From a virus (taxonomy: Duplodnaviria; Caudoviricetes): 60,790 bases of DNA. Position 1 is the stretch's first letter. Every line of letters starts with the position of its first letter. Positions 21,295-30,929 of the stretch are shown here, piece by piece. Location: positions 1 to 60,790 of IMG/VR virus record IMGVR_UViG_3300044984_001645, one strand, 5' to 3'. Below the pieces are notes generated by a model, which was given only the letters and a program-made list of their open reading frames with translations, did not search any database and was not told the origin of the DNA. A program made the translations under genes and the position numbers.

Positions 21295-22044
21295 ATGTTA
21301 AAAGCATTACAACAACTAAAGAGTCCAAAAGAACCGATTAATAAGGAAGATTTGGTTGAAAAGCTTCTTAATGACGCTATTGATGATCATCTTGCACTAA
21401 GAAACAAACCGGAATTTAAAAAGGTAGGCGGGTTCCACCCAAGTTATACAAACCAATGCGCTAGGTATTGGCATTACTTGTTTGAGGGTCAAGAGGTTAC
21501 ACCTTCGTTTAGGTCACAGACTTACCGTATCTTTGATAATGGTCATGCTGTCCATGAGCGCCTGTATAGCTATTTGCGTGAGATGGGTATCCTTGTAGCA
21601 GAAGAGATTCCGGTGAAGCACTCAGACCCTCCCATTGAGGGCACAGCGGATGGAATCATTGACTGGTACGGTCACAAGTTGATTGAATTGAAGTCAATCA
21701 GTGCCGAGGGATTCCAATATCGTCAGTTCCATAATAAACCAAAAGATGATCATTATCGTCAGGCTCAAATCTATATGAGGTGTTTAGACCTTCCAAGTGG
21801 TTATGTTATTTATGAAAATAAGAACAATCAGGAGATATTACCTATCTTTATTGAGCGTGACGATGTTTTTATTGATAAACTGTTTACTAAGTATAATAAA
21901 ATTTATACTAACTTCCTTGAGGGGGAGCTACCCAAACAACCGTATAAGAGGTCATCAGCGAAATGCGCTCAGTGTGACCTTGCTGCCATGTGTTGGGGTG
22001 AAGGAGAATTTAGCAAAACTACTGAGGTTGAAGAACCTTTCTAA
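21295..22044 (+). CDS. Cas4-like PD-(D/E)XK exonuclease (solo, phage type)
   Basis: CAR...GHAVHE...GTADG...IELKS...QAQIYM...CAQCDLAAMC. Confidence 0.88.
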   Translation: MLKALQQLKSPKEPINKEDLVEKLLNDAIDDHLALRNKPEFKKVGGFHPSYTNQCARYWHYLFEGQEVTPSFRSQTYRIFDNGHAVHERLYSYLREMGILVAEEIPVKHSDPPIEGTADGIIDWYGHKLIELKSISAEGFQYRQFHNKPKDDHYRQAQIYMRCLDLPSGYVIYENKNNQEILPIFIERDDVFIDKLFTKYNKIYTNFLEGELPKQPYKRSSAKCAQCDLAAMCWGEGEFSKTTEVEEPF

Positions 22045-22064
22045 GGTATTGCTATGAAAAAAAG

Positions 22065-22379
22065 ATGTTCAATGAAGAGAAGAGAGTTTGCTCAAACGGT
22101 GACTGCAAGAAACAATTCGTAGCTAAAGTTTATAACGCTACCTATTGCAGTCCGGAATGTAGAAAGATTATAACCAATAAAAAACTATTGGAATCTTATC
22201 ATACAAAAAAGGCTAATAAGCATAAGAAAAGAATCTGTAAAACAAAAGACTGCACAACAATACTTTCTACTTATAATAAAGAAGATATATGTGAAGCCTG
22301 TAAAGAAGAAAGGTATGTTCAAAGGTTAGTGTCGTGGGGTTGGGATGAAGAAAAGATTCGCAAGGATCAGAAGCAATGA
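22065..22379 (+). CDS. Zinc-finger protein
   Basis: CxxxxC...YCSPEC...CxxxxC...CEAC. Confidence 0.7.
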   Translation: MFNEEKRVCSNGDCKKQFVAKVYNATYCSPECRKIITNKKLLESYHTKKANKHKKRICKTKDCTTILSTYNKEDICEACKEERYVQRLVSWGWDEEKIRKDQKQ

Positions 22380-22960
22380 GTCTCAATTATTTAAAGAAAG
22401 AGAAGGTCAATACCGTACTGGCTATTGACCCGGCTTCTCACTCACTAGCTTGGTGCATCATGCAAAGAATTGACGGTGAGTTAGTTATTGTTAAGTCAGA
22501 CAAGCTTTCCTTCATGAAGAATTCTACGATTGAAGACAAGTTCAGTCAAATTAAGTTTGGGATCACAAGTATCTGTGATTTATACAAGCCCGATGTCTGC
22601 GTCATTGAGCAGTCTGTTTATATTCAGAACTTTCAGACAAGCCGTTTACTTTCTTACATCATTGGCTTCACTTGGGGAATGGCATCCTTCACCTGTAAAA
22701 GAGTGATGGATGTCAGTCCTCTCGTATGGAGAAGCGGTGTTGGATATAAAAATCTAACAGGTAAAGATAAAGATGCCTTAAAAGAAAACGGGCAAAAAAA
22801 GAATATTGAACTTAAAAAGAAAGAAGAAAGAAAACGCAGAGTCCGTGTTATAATTGAAGAATATTTCAACGATGATGACCTTGACCTCGGTGACGATGAC
22901 ATTGTTGACGCTGTTGGAATAGCTATTTGGTATTGGAAAGTGGTTAACCCGGATGACTGA
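22376..22960 (+). CDS. ruvC: RuvC-like Holliday junction resolvase
   Basis: LAIDPAS, VIEQ, DDIVDAVGIA. Confidence 0.85.
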   Translation: MSLNYLKKEKVNTVLAIDPASHSLAWCIMQRIDGELVIVKSDKLSFMKNSTIEDKFSQIKFGITSICDLYKPDVCVIEQSVYIQNFQTSRLLSYIIGFTWGMASFTCKRVMDVSPLVWRSGVGYKNLTGKDKDALKENGQKKNIELKKKEERKRRVRVIIEEYFNDDDLDLGDDDIVDAVGIAIWYWKVVNPDD

Positions 22961-23246
22961 TGTTTATAAAGACAAAGCTTGGTTGTACGAACACTATGTT
23001 CAAAAACGAATGAACTTAACAGATATTTGCAAGGTTTTAAAACAATCTTATAATATCGAAGTAACACCGCAAGCAGTTTATAACTGGTGCAAAAAATATG
23101 ACCTCCTCAGATTTCGAGGCAAAGGTCGCAATCTTTCTTCAACAACATTGCGGAGACCAAAATCTCCTTTGCAAGAACAAGTTGAGAAAAGAAGAAGAGA
23201 ACAACAAAAAGCTAACAAGCTTAGAAAGAAAGGTATGGGGCGATGA
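22953..23246 (+). CDS. HTH DNA-binding protein
   Basis: YKDKAWLYEHYV...LTDICK...VTPQAVYNW. Confidence 0.7.
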   Translation: MTDVYKDKAWLYEHYVQKRMNLTDICKVLKQSYNIEVTPQAVYNWCKKYDLLRFRGKGRNLSSTTLRRPKSPLQEQVEKRRREQQKANKLRKKGMGR

Positions 23247-23998
23247 AAAGAAGCGTCACTATTAAAGATATTGTCAATTTTGCTAGATTGGATATGATCT
23301 ATAACCAAATTCGCATTATTGAGGCTAAACAGAATGAAACACCGTCAAAGTGTCTTGGTTCAGGGAAGTGTTGCAAGATTGGTCTTGTCATTCCCATGTT
23401 TGAATGTGCAAACATTGCTTACAACCTTACTCAGCAATACTACTTAACTCTTGAAGACAAGGGTGAAAGCGCTGCTAAAGAGTGGATGGCTGATGTCGTG
23501 AACTCTCTTAAACAAGCGATGTATGACGAAACATGGAAGTCCGGTGGAGAATCTGAAAAGCATTGTGCTTTCTACAAAGGGGGCTGCACAGTCTATGGGT
23601 TTAGACCGTTCGTGTGTCGTTCTTTCGGGACAATAACACCTGTTGATGATTTCTGTCCACGAGAAAGAAATGCTTATGGAAATATTGATTTCTATGCGGG
23701 GAAGCCTGTGCAGAAAATTGTTAAGGAATTTCAAGACATTATCAGAGAGTATGCATCAGACAAGCATGAAAACTACGATATGACCTTGTACATGCCTCTG
23801 GGAGTCCTTAGCTTCTTGCTTCAACCAGAAGAACTTACCGAACTAGCCAAAGACACCGACCCAAGATTCTGGATTGGTACATCTGGTTGGTACAACTATC
23901 GTGTTGAGTTTACAAAACAACATGGATATTCTATTGAAGAATTAGAAGCTGCTGCTGGTGAGGGCGGTAAGCAACTTGCATTTGACCCAGAGGCTTAA
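23243..23998 (+). CDS. YkgJ-family Cys-cluster (Zn/Fe-S) protein
   Basis: CLGSGKCC...CAFYKGGCTVYGFRPFVCRSF. Confidence 0.82.
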   Translation: MKRSVTIKDIVNFARLDMIYNQIRIIEAKQNETPSKCLGSGKCCKIGLVIPMFECANIAYNLTQQYYLTLEDKGESAAKEWMADVVNSLKQAMYDETWKSGGESEKHCAFYKGGCTVYGFRPFVCRSFGTITPVDDFCPRERNAYGNIDFYAGKPVQKIVKEFQDIIREYASDKHENYDMTLYMPLGVLSFLLQPEELTELAKDTDPRFWIGTSGWYNYRVEFTKQHGYSIEELEAAAGEGGKQLAFDPEA

Positions 23999-24004
23999 AT
24001 AAAA

Positions 24005-25072
24005 ATGGAGCTTGTATGGAATGGCACAAGTGTTGCCCAAGTCCGTAATGAAGGTTACAAGGTAGCCGAGGATGAAATCTACAATCGTCTAATCCTAATG
24101 GGTGTTGAGATAGATCGTGATTGCATCATGCCATCAGATCTCAAGCCTATGGCAGAGGTTGGTATTGGTATTCAATATCAATCAGAATGTTATGACCATG
24201 TAGGTTACGATGTTTTAATTAATAATCGACTCCCTCTTGATTACGCAATGTGTAGTGGATACAATGTTGGCTTTTCATACTGGGAAACAACACGCTTGCC
24301 CGAAGACTGGGTAAGGCGTATGAATATGATGGATGAAATCTGGACAACATCATCATGGGCTAAAGATGTATTTATAAGTTCCGGAGTTAGTGTTCCCACT
24401 TATAATTTTGATCTCGGAGTTGATTCAAGATACTTCTTTCCTGTGAAGAGGACTCTTAAATCTCAACCGTTTACCTTCCTTAGCATCGGTTCTCCATCTA
24501 CCAGAAAGAACAGTCAGCTCGCTGTTGATGCGTTTGTAAAGCTCTTTGGGGATGATGACAGATACAAGCTTCTTTATAAGAGCGTGGACTCTCCTGACGC
24601 ACGATTGTGGAACGGTAGAGGTGAGCCTTCTGCTATCAGTAATCATCCGAATATTGAAATCATTGAAGATGATGTTTCAATTGAGGAACTGGCTTCAATT
24701 TATGATCGTGCAGACTGCCTCATCTACCCCACGAGCGGTGAGGGTTGGGGAATGCTGCCTTTCCAAGCTATCGCAAAAGGTATTCCAACCATCTGCACCA
24801 ACGCTACAGCCTGCACTGAGTATGCCAGTATGTCTGTGCCTCTTGATTTTAAATGGGGAACAAACAAGATGTCCGGCATCTATGGTGAGTGTGGTGAATG
24901 GGCAGAGCCAAATTTTGATGATTTATGTGATAAAATGTTATATGTAATTAATAATTATGATGAAGTTTCTAACTTCACATATAACAATGCAGTTATCAAT
25001 CAAGATAGATGGTCTTGGGGTACTGTTGCGAAAGGCTATTACGACAGATTATGTCAGATATTGAACCAATAA
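24005..25072 (+). CDS. Glycosyltransferase family 4 (GT-B)
   Basis: WETT, RKN, DCLIYPTSGEGWGMLPFQAIAKGIPTI. Confidence 0.9.
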   Translation: MELVWNGTSVAQVRNEGYKVAEDEIYNRLILMGVEIDRDCIMPSDLKPMAEVGIGIQYQSECYDHVGYDVLINNRLPLDYAMCSGYNVGFSYWETTRLPEDWVRRMNMMDEIWTTSSWAKDVFISSGVSVPTYNFDLGVDSRYFFPVKRTLKSQPFTFLSIGSPSTRKNSQLAVDAFVKLFGDDDRYKLLYKSVDSPDARLWNGRGEPSAISNHPNIEIIEDDVSIEELASIYDRADCLIYPTSGEGWGMLPFQAIAKGIPTICTNATACTEYASMSVPLDFKWGTNKMSGIYGECGEWAEPNFDDLCDKMLYVINNYDEVSNFTYNNAVINQDRWSWGTVAKGYYDRLCQILNQ

Positions 25073-25635
25073 AAGAAAAGACTTTATTCGATAAGATTAA
25101 AGATGTTGAAGATGCGGGGTTGATGCATGTCAAAGGTTATTCAAACCACGAGATAGCCTCGTTGATGTCAATCAAACCAGCAGAAGTCAAGGGATATATT
25201 GAAGAATACAAGAAGATTCTCAATAGAAAAGCTGACGATGACCCCTACTTCCTAGAGCGTGTCCAGTTTAATACAATCAAAGCTCTTAAAGAGTTTGATG
25301 AGTTAAGCAAGGAAGCTTGGGAGACAATCAATATTGCAACAGATCATGGGATGGTTGCAGCAAGAATCCAAGCTATAAAGCTTGCCGGAGAGCTTGCGAC
25401 AAAGAAAGCTCAGCTTCATAAGCTCATGGGCGGTAATAACTCTGACGCTGAATACATCGGTAGAATGCAAAAAGCTGAGAATGTTAACCAGATTCTCTCT
25501 AGAGTCCTCCGGGATGTTATTGCAAAGTTCCCCGAAGTAGCCGAAGAGGTTCGTAAAGAACTCGCCATTGCGTTTGAAATAATGGATGAACCAAAAGAAG
25601 ATGAAGTAATTGATGTTGAATCCCATGAACAATAA
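25051..25635 (+). CDS. Putative terminase small subunit (HTH)
   Basis: GYSNHEIASLMSI HTH followed by helices; directly upstream of TerL. Confidence 0.6.
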   Translation: MSDIEPIKEKTLFDKIKDVEDAGLMHVKGYSNHEIASLMSIKPAEVKGYIEEYKKILNRKADDDPYFLERVQFNTIKALKEFDELSKEAWETINIATDHGMVAARIQAIKLAGELATKKAQLHKLMGGNNSDAEYIGRMQKAENVNQILSRVLRDVIAKFPEVAEEVRKELAIAFEIMDEPKEDEVIDVESHEQ

Positions 25636-25642
25636 AAACACT

Positions 25643-25749
25643 CATACAAAGAGACCTTTTTTTGACCCATTACGGCTCATAATTAGAGACCTTTTTTTGG
25701 GGCTTTACCAATATCGTCATAATTTGAGAATGGCTTTTTTGCCATTACG
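25643..25749 (+). repeat. Three tandem 32-bp imperfect repeats CATAATTnGA-N15-C(A/T)TTAC(G/C)
   Basis: Copies at 25643-25674, 25678-25709, 25718-25749. Confidence 0.8.
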
Positions 25750-25760
25750 GGGGGTTTTTT

Positions 25761-27500
25761 GTGTCTGATTATCTCGGCATCAACTTAAACTATGATGATT
25801 TCGATAAGTTACTTAAACAAGATGAGCTTGTTGAAACACCGGTATCAATTGAAACTTTCGTAACAGATAAGAAATATCTGGGATTACCTAGTCTATCACC
25901 TATTCAACTAGAAATCGTGCGCCATTCCACACAAATTTTAAAACTTCCAACACTGATAAAAATGTATGGTGAAGAAGCCGGTACTAAATGGTATGCCGAT
26001 TATACAGATAACGAAGTCATTTGCATGTTAGGTAAAGGATCTGGAAAAGATCACTGTGCCAGAATATCAATGGCTTACACTGTTTATCTCTTACATTGTC
26101 TTAGAGACCCACTGAACTATTATGGTAAAGCTAGAGGTGTCTATATTGACTTGCTAAACCTTGCTGTAAACGCTCAGCAAGCTCAGAGAGTGTTCTTTGA
26201 ACCATTGAAGAACTTATTACTAGGTTCACCTTATTTTAACTCTGTAGGCTTTGAGCCAAGAGTATCTGAAATCTTTTTCTTTAGTAGACCAGTAAGGTGT
26301 TTCTCTGGTCACTCTGAAAGTGAAGGATGGGAAGGTTATGAAGTAATGTCAATTATTTTGGATGAAATCTCAGCCTTTAAAACTGATGCTGAAACTAAAG
26401 GTGATCATAGATCTAAAGGTTCAGCTTCTGCTATTTATAACATGAGTAAATTATCTGTTATGTCTCGTTTCCCAGAAGTAGGTAAAGTTATTCTTCTATC
26501 CTTCCCCCGGTATAAAGGAGACTTCATTCAGCAGCGATTCTTTAACTCTAGAGAAAAGAATGAACCTAAAACTTGGTCAATTAAAGCTGCAACTTGGGAA
26601 GTAAACCCAACCATATTTAGAGAACAATTAGAGTCTGAGTATATTAGAAATCCAATTGAAGCCAGAGCCAGATTTGAATGTGAACCACCAACAATGGAAG
26701 ATGCATACTTTAGAGATGCAGATTTAGTTAGAAAAGCTTTTATGTATAGCGAAAACCCTATCAATGAAGATGGTGAATTTAAAGATTGGTTTAACAATAA
26801 AGATGGTCATGTAAGATTTATTCATATTGACCTTGGACTTAAACGAGATAGATCGGCTTTATCTATGGTCCATTGTGCCGGATTTAAAGAGGTTAAAACA
26901 TCAATGGGTATTGAAACACTTCCTGTTGTAAATGTTGACTTAATACATTCATGGCAAGCTAAACCGGGAGAAGAGATTAACTTTTCATCAGTAAGACAAA
27001 TGATTGTTGACCTATGCAGAAAGTATGATGTTGGATTAGTTACATTTGACCGTTGGCAATCTGTTGAAATGATTCAAAGCTTAAAAGCTCAGGGTATTAA
27101 TGCAAACTTCCACAGTGTCAAGAAAACTGATTATGATACCTTAATGACAACCATTTACGATACCAGACTAAGAGGTTATTGGATTGAGTTACTTGTTGAA
27201 GAAGAGCTTTTGAAGTTAAGACTATTTAATAACAATAAGATTGACCATCCCAACTCTGGGTCTAAAGACTTAGCTGATGCTCTTGCTGGTTCTGTTTTTA
27301 ACTGTATTCAGAACATGGTTATGGATACGGAAGTAGATATTGAAATTATCGGTACAGATAGAGAATATGAATACGATGATGATATGCCTGAATTTGGCAC
27401 AACTCACCTGTATAATGGTTCTACAAAAGAACTGTCATTGATGGATCAAAAGAGTTCCATTAGTGCAGATGATATAGAAGGATGGTTAGAAACCCTATGA
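25761..27500 (+). CDS. terL: Terminase large subunit
   Basis: Walker A GKGSGKD, Walker B IILDEI, nuclease HIDLG...DR, TFDRWQS, DHP..GSKDLADA. Confidence 0.93.
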   Translation: MSDYLGINLNYDDFDKLLKQDELVETPVSIETFVTDKKYLGLPSLSPIQLEIVRHSTQILKLPTLIKMYGEEAGTKWYADYTDNEVICMLGKGSGKDHCARISMAYTVYLLHCLRDPLNYYGKARGVYIDLLNLAVNAQQAQRVFFEPLKNLLLGSPYFNSVGFEPRVSEIFFFSRPVRCFSGHSESEGWEGYEVMSIILDEISAFKTDAETKGDHRSKGSASAIYNMSKLSVMSRFPEVGKVILLSFPRYKGDFIQQRFFNSREKNEPKTWSIKAATWEVNPTIFREQLESEYIRNPIEARARFECEPPTMEDAYFRDADLVRKAFMYSENPINEDGEFKDWFNNKDGHVRFIHIDLGLKRDRSALSMVHCAGFKEVKTSMGIETLPVVNVDLIHSWQAKPGEEINFSSVRQMIVDLCRKYDVGLVTFDRWQSVEMIQSLKAQGINANFHSVKKTDYDTLMTTIYDTRLRGYWIELLVEEELLKLRLFNNNKIDHPNSGSKDLADALAGSVFNCIQNMVMDTEVDIEIIGTDREYEYDDDMPEFGTTHLYNGSTKELSLMDQKSSISADDIEGWLETL

Positions 27501-27661
27501 CAAATGAAGATACACCCAACTTCTCTCCAAGTTATGAAGAGTTGTTAAATGAATTGACCGGGATTAATTCAAGGTTAACCCTTGAGAATATTGCTCTCAA
27601 AATTACAGTAGCAAAGATGCAGGCTTTTAGTGAAGAGACTAAAACACCTCAGAAGAAGTAA
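27497..27661 (+). CDS. Small coiled-coil hypothetical protein
   Basis: ATGA overlap with terL stop; 54 aa. Confidence 0.5.
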   Translation: MTNEDTPNFSPSYEELLNELTGINSRLTLENIALKITVAKMQAFSEETKTPQKK

Positions 27662-27739
27662 CGGAAACAAGTCTCTTACCCATGATTTTTGGTATTAGAT
27701 CAGCTAATAAATAAATTTTAAAAAAAAGATGATTCCAAG

Positions 27740-27768
27740 TTGCAAGCTGGGGTTGAGGCAGATATTAT
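27740..27768 (+). promoter_or_regulatory. Sigma70/SigA-type promoter
   Basis: TTGCAA-N17-TATTAT upstream of ORF 27833. Confidence 0.6.
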
Positions 27769-27832
27769 TTCTATTCCAAGGGCGTAAGCCATTTAATCAG
27801 AACAAATCAAATCAACCTAATAGGAGATAAAA

Positions 27833-28189
27833 ATGTCAACATTTAACATCAAAAAAGTAGATACCTTTCCAGAAATTACTCGCACAGGCAGAACATCAGC
27901 TGAACTTCAGATGATTATTGATGCTCTTCATTCTTCAAATAAGAACGGTGAAAACTTCTCTATTCTTAACATTGAAGAAGGCAAAAAGTTTAATACAATG
28001 CAGCAGCGTATTCGTGCTCAAGCAAAAAAGCTTGATTACAAGGTAATGATTCACTTTAGTCGTTCAGAGTCAGCTCTTTACTTTAAAGTTATCCCTGCCG
28101 GTACAAAAAAGTCTGATGCATCTGTTTCAGCTAAAGAAGTAAAGTCTGTTAAGACCAATGCAAAGACCACTGTAAAGTCAAACGCTTAA
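27833..28189 (+). CDS. Small basic putative DNA-binding protein
   Basis: RBS AGGAG; RTGR...GENFSI...RIRAQAKKLDYKVMIHF; own promoter and terminator. Confidence 0.7.
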   Translation: MSTFNIKKVDTFPEITRTGRTSAELQMIIDALHSSNKNGENFSILNIEEGKKFNTMQQRIRAQAKKLDYKVMIHFSRSESALYFKVIPAGTKKSDASVSAKEVKSVKTNAKTTVKSNA

Positions 28190-28220
28190 TACAAAACTAA
28201 TAATAAAACAAATTGTTTTT

Positions 28221-28243
28221 CCGCCCTCCGGGGCGGTTTTTTT
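28221..28243 (+). terminator. Intrinsic terminator
   Basis: CCGCCC-TCCG-GGGCGG-TTTTTTT. Confidence 0.8.
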
Positions 28244-28259
28244 GTGTATAATTGCACCT

Positions 28260-29120
28260 ATGACTATTTTTAAAGAACAAGAAATTGAAATTACACACGA
28301 AATGATTGAGTCTTGGCACCCGCTAATCGCTATGCCTTGTTATGATCAAATGATTACCGAACCAACATTTATGTCAATGATGAGAACAGCTATGATGTTT
28401 AAAGATATTGGTTTGAAATTCTCTATCGCAACAATTTCGGACTCTCTCATTAATAGAGCTAGAAATAATATGGTAGCTAAATTCTTAGCTCACCCGGAGT
28501 TTACTCATCTTATGTTTATTGATGTTGATCTAGGTTTTCAACCAGAGGATATCCTAAAGCTTTTGTGGCACGATAAAGAGATAGTTACTGGTTCTTACCC
28601 CATTAAAGATATTTTATGGGACAGGGTAACGGAGAATGTAAACAAGGGGGTTCCATCAGATGAACTACTTGGAAGAAGTTTACGATTTGTTGTTAATGCA
28701 GTAAAAGGTAAAGAGAACACAAATGTTGCCGTTGAGAATGGTGCAATTGAAATCTATGATGCCGGGACAGGTTTCATGTTAATTAAAAGGTCAGTGTTTG
28801 AGAGGATGATTGATTCTTACCCTGAGCTTAGATATCACGATGATACAGGTTCATTAGATGATGAAGAAAAGAAATGGACTTATGCTTTCTTTAATTCATA
28901 TGTAGACCCAGAGAAGCAACGATTCTTATCTGAAGACTATGGATTCTGTAGATACTGGCAAGAAATCGGTGGTAAAGTTTGGGCTGATCCTTCCTTTAAG
29001 TTAACGCACTTAGGTCGCTTAAAGTATGAAGGAACTATGCTTACATTCTTGGAGGATAACATGGTTGAACCTTCAAAGAAAACTAATCCTAAAGCGAAGA
29101 AAACTAATCCAAAAACCTGA
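28260..29120 (+). CDS. GT-A fold glycosyltransferase-like protein
   Basis: IAMPCY, SLINRARN, LMFIDVD, GTGFMLIKR, SEDYGFC; ATG 7 nt after TATAAT. Confidence 0.85.
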   Translation: MTIFKEQEIEITHEMIESWHPLIAMPCYDQMITEPTFMSMMRTAMMFKDIGLKFSIATISDSLINRARNNMVAKFLAHPEFTHLMFIDVDLGFQPEDILKLLWHDKEIVTGSYPIKDILWDRVTENVNKGVPSDELLGRSLRFVVNAVKGKENTNVAVENGAIEIYDAGTGFMLIKRSVFERMIDSYPELRYHDDTGSLDDEEKKWTYAFFNSYVDPEKQRFLSEDYGFCRYWQEIGGKVWADPSFKLTHLGRLKYEGTMLTFLEDNMVEPSKKTNPKAKKTNPKT

Positions 29121-29474
29121 TTTATTCAGAAAGGCTTGAGCTGCCAGAAAATGTATACTAAAATTTGCTGAAAAGTAAAGCTAAACAGTGGGGCGTTCAA
29201 ACTTTATTAAATGATTTAATATCAAGCATTCCCGATCCTTGATCGCCGGCTTTAATAAACTATTTACAAAGAGCTTAACTAACACGATCTTCTCGATTTA
29301 CTTTCTGGCGCACAATAAAAGTTTTTTCTAACATTTTCTTGGTGCATGTTTGATTTCATTATTCTTGCTGATACACTTTGTTCATGGTTTGCGAATACTT
29401 TAAATATGAAATTTTATTCATATGTTTATCCGTAACCATAAGTAAATATAAATCATTTATTATTGGAGGACTTT

Positions 29475-30029
29475 ATGTCTAATCTAAATCATGACCCCGA
29501 GCAAAAATTAAAGTCAAAGTATGACCTTATTGCTGACCAATTAATTGGCATAGAAATATCAGATAATGATATTGATTATGGTTATATTTGTAAAGTAATT
29601 TCAGTCATTACAAATGGCGAAACTTATTACAAATGTGTTACCAATCTTGGTAAAACCTTTAATGCTAATACTATTCTTCATGCTTTGCGTGAAGTTAGAC
29701 TTAATCAGAATGTGATTGATAACGAGAACCGTGACGATAATGTTGAAGTTCTTCCTGTTGGTTATCCTGATGGTACAGCATATTCTAATGCTGTATTTGG
29801 TCCAAAGCGTAAGCGTAATCCTACTCCAATTATGAGCCAAGCCATCAACAATAATGCTAAGTTTGACAATGGTGAAGTTATTAGTATTACTTCACATACA
29901 TCATCTGCTTATAAATTTCCTGAAGAATACCGTAATATTGATCAAATACTTACTCCAGAACAAATTGCTATCCTTGAAGATAAAGCAGCCGAAAAGTATT
30001 TGCTCAACATTGAAGCAAACCTAATCTAG
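29475..30029 (+). CDS. Hypothetical protein
   Basis: RBS GGAGG; first gene of the AT-rich block. Confidence 0.65.
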   Translation: MSNLNHDPEQKLKSKYDLIADQLIGIEISDNDIDYGYICKVISVITNGETYYKCVTNLGKTFNANTILHALREVRLNQNVIDNENRDDNVEVLPVGYPDGTAYSNAVFGPKRKRNPTPIMSQAINNNAKFDNGEVISITSHTSSAYKFPEEYRNIDQILTPEQIAILEDKAAEKYLLNIEANLI

Positions 30030-30036
30030 AAAGTAG

Positions 30037-30408
30037 ATGATTATAATGTCCAATCAAAAAGTAAACCTTAACTCAATCCAAAACAAAATCGTATCCCGTG
30101 GTAGAAACGGAGGAAAAAAGAAAACCAAATCTCTTTTCGATACTCCTTTAGAAAACAGAACATATTGGGGAAATGATGAAGGTAGTAAACTTAAAATCTC
30201 ACTTGCTCGTAATGCTATTCGTAAAGATATGAAGTTTGGTATTCTTTTCGATGTAGATTATGATGATCTTACTCGTGTTCTTAACAAAGAGTACAAACAA
30301 GAACTTATTCATTTTCAACTCGAAATGATGAAAGAATTGGTAATGGATCGTGAAATTATGATTGTAGAAACAAACAATCATAAATGGCAAATCCAGTGGT
30401 TAATCTAA
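30037..30408 (+). CDS. Hypothetical protein sharing an N-terminal motif with ORFs 50610 and 51271
   Basis: KVNLNSIQNKIVSRG vs KVNLNSIKANLVKRG. Confidence 0.65.
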   Translation: MIIMSNQKVNLNSIQNKIVSRGRNGGKKKTKSLFDTPLENRTYWGNDEGSKLKISLARNAIRKDMKFGILFDVDYDDLTRVLNKEYKQELIHFQLEMMKELVMDREIMIVETNNHKWQIQWLI

Positions 30409-30439
30409 ATTAACCAATAAATTAAAATTGAACATAAGC

Positions 30440-30469
30440 AAGGCAATAGGTATTCCTATTGCCTTTTTT
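30440..30469 (+). terminator. Intrinsic terminator
   Basis: AAGGCAATAGG-TATT-CCTATTGCCTT-TTTT. Confidence 0.8.
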
Positions 30470-30499
30470 GTGTTCAAAAACAAATAGAAAGGAAAACAA

Positions 30500-30724
30500 A
30501 TGGCAATTTGTAAAATATGCAATAACCCATTTATTGAAGAAAGATATGAAGCTGGTTATGATTATTGCTTAGATGAAGTATGTAATCGAATTGGTCTTGA
30601 TGAAAAAGAAAGAGAATTCCGGAAAATATATACTCCGGCATTGTTACACAAATGCAATTATTTCTGGATAAAGAAGTCGGAATTGACCTCTTTAAATGTA
30701 AGAAATGACTTATTGGAAGGATAA
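30500..30724 (+). CDS. Zinc-finger-like hypothetical protein
   Basis: RBS GAAAGGA; CKIC...ER...YCLDEVC. Confidence 0.65.
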   Translation: MAICKICNNPFIEERYEAGYDYCLDEVCNRIGLDEKEREFRKIYTPALLHKCNYFWIKKSELTSLNVRNDLLEG

Positions 30725-30728
30725 GAAA

Positions 30729-30929
30729 ATGATAATGGCAAAAATAAGAATATCTGATGATATTGAAAAAACAATAATCAACTTCCCATTTGAAAGTATG
30801 GAAGATGCAAAATATTGGTCAACCAACAATATTGGTAAAAAAATAAATAATACTGGACTTGTAGAATATGTTCTACTTACAGATTATAAAACAATGGAAA
30901 CTAGAGAGTATGAAATGAGAGAAATTTAA
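30729..30929 (+). CDS. Hypothetical protein
   Basis: Packed ORF in operon. Confidence 0.5.
   Translation: MIMAKIRISDDIEKTIINFPFESMEDAKYWSTNNIGKKINNTGLVEYVLLTDYKTMETREYEMREI

Noticed and set aside
21295-22044. CRISPR-associated cas4
   Set aside because: Solo Cas4-like nucleases are routine in phage recombination modules; no cas1/cas2 or array nearby
29076-29117. 21-bp tandem duplication encoding KKTNPKA/KKTNPKT
   Set aside because: Two copies in a low-complexity C-terminal tail; no sign of wider function
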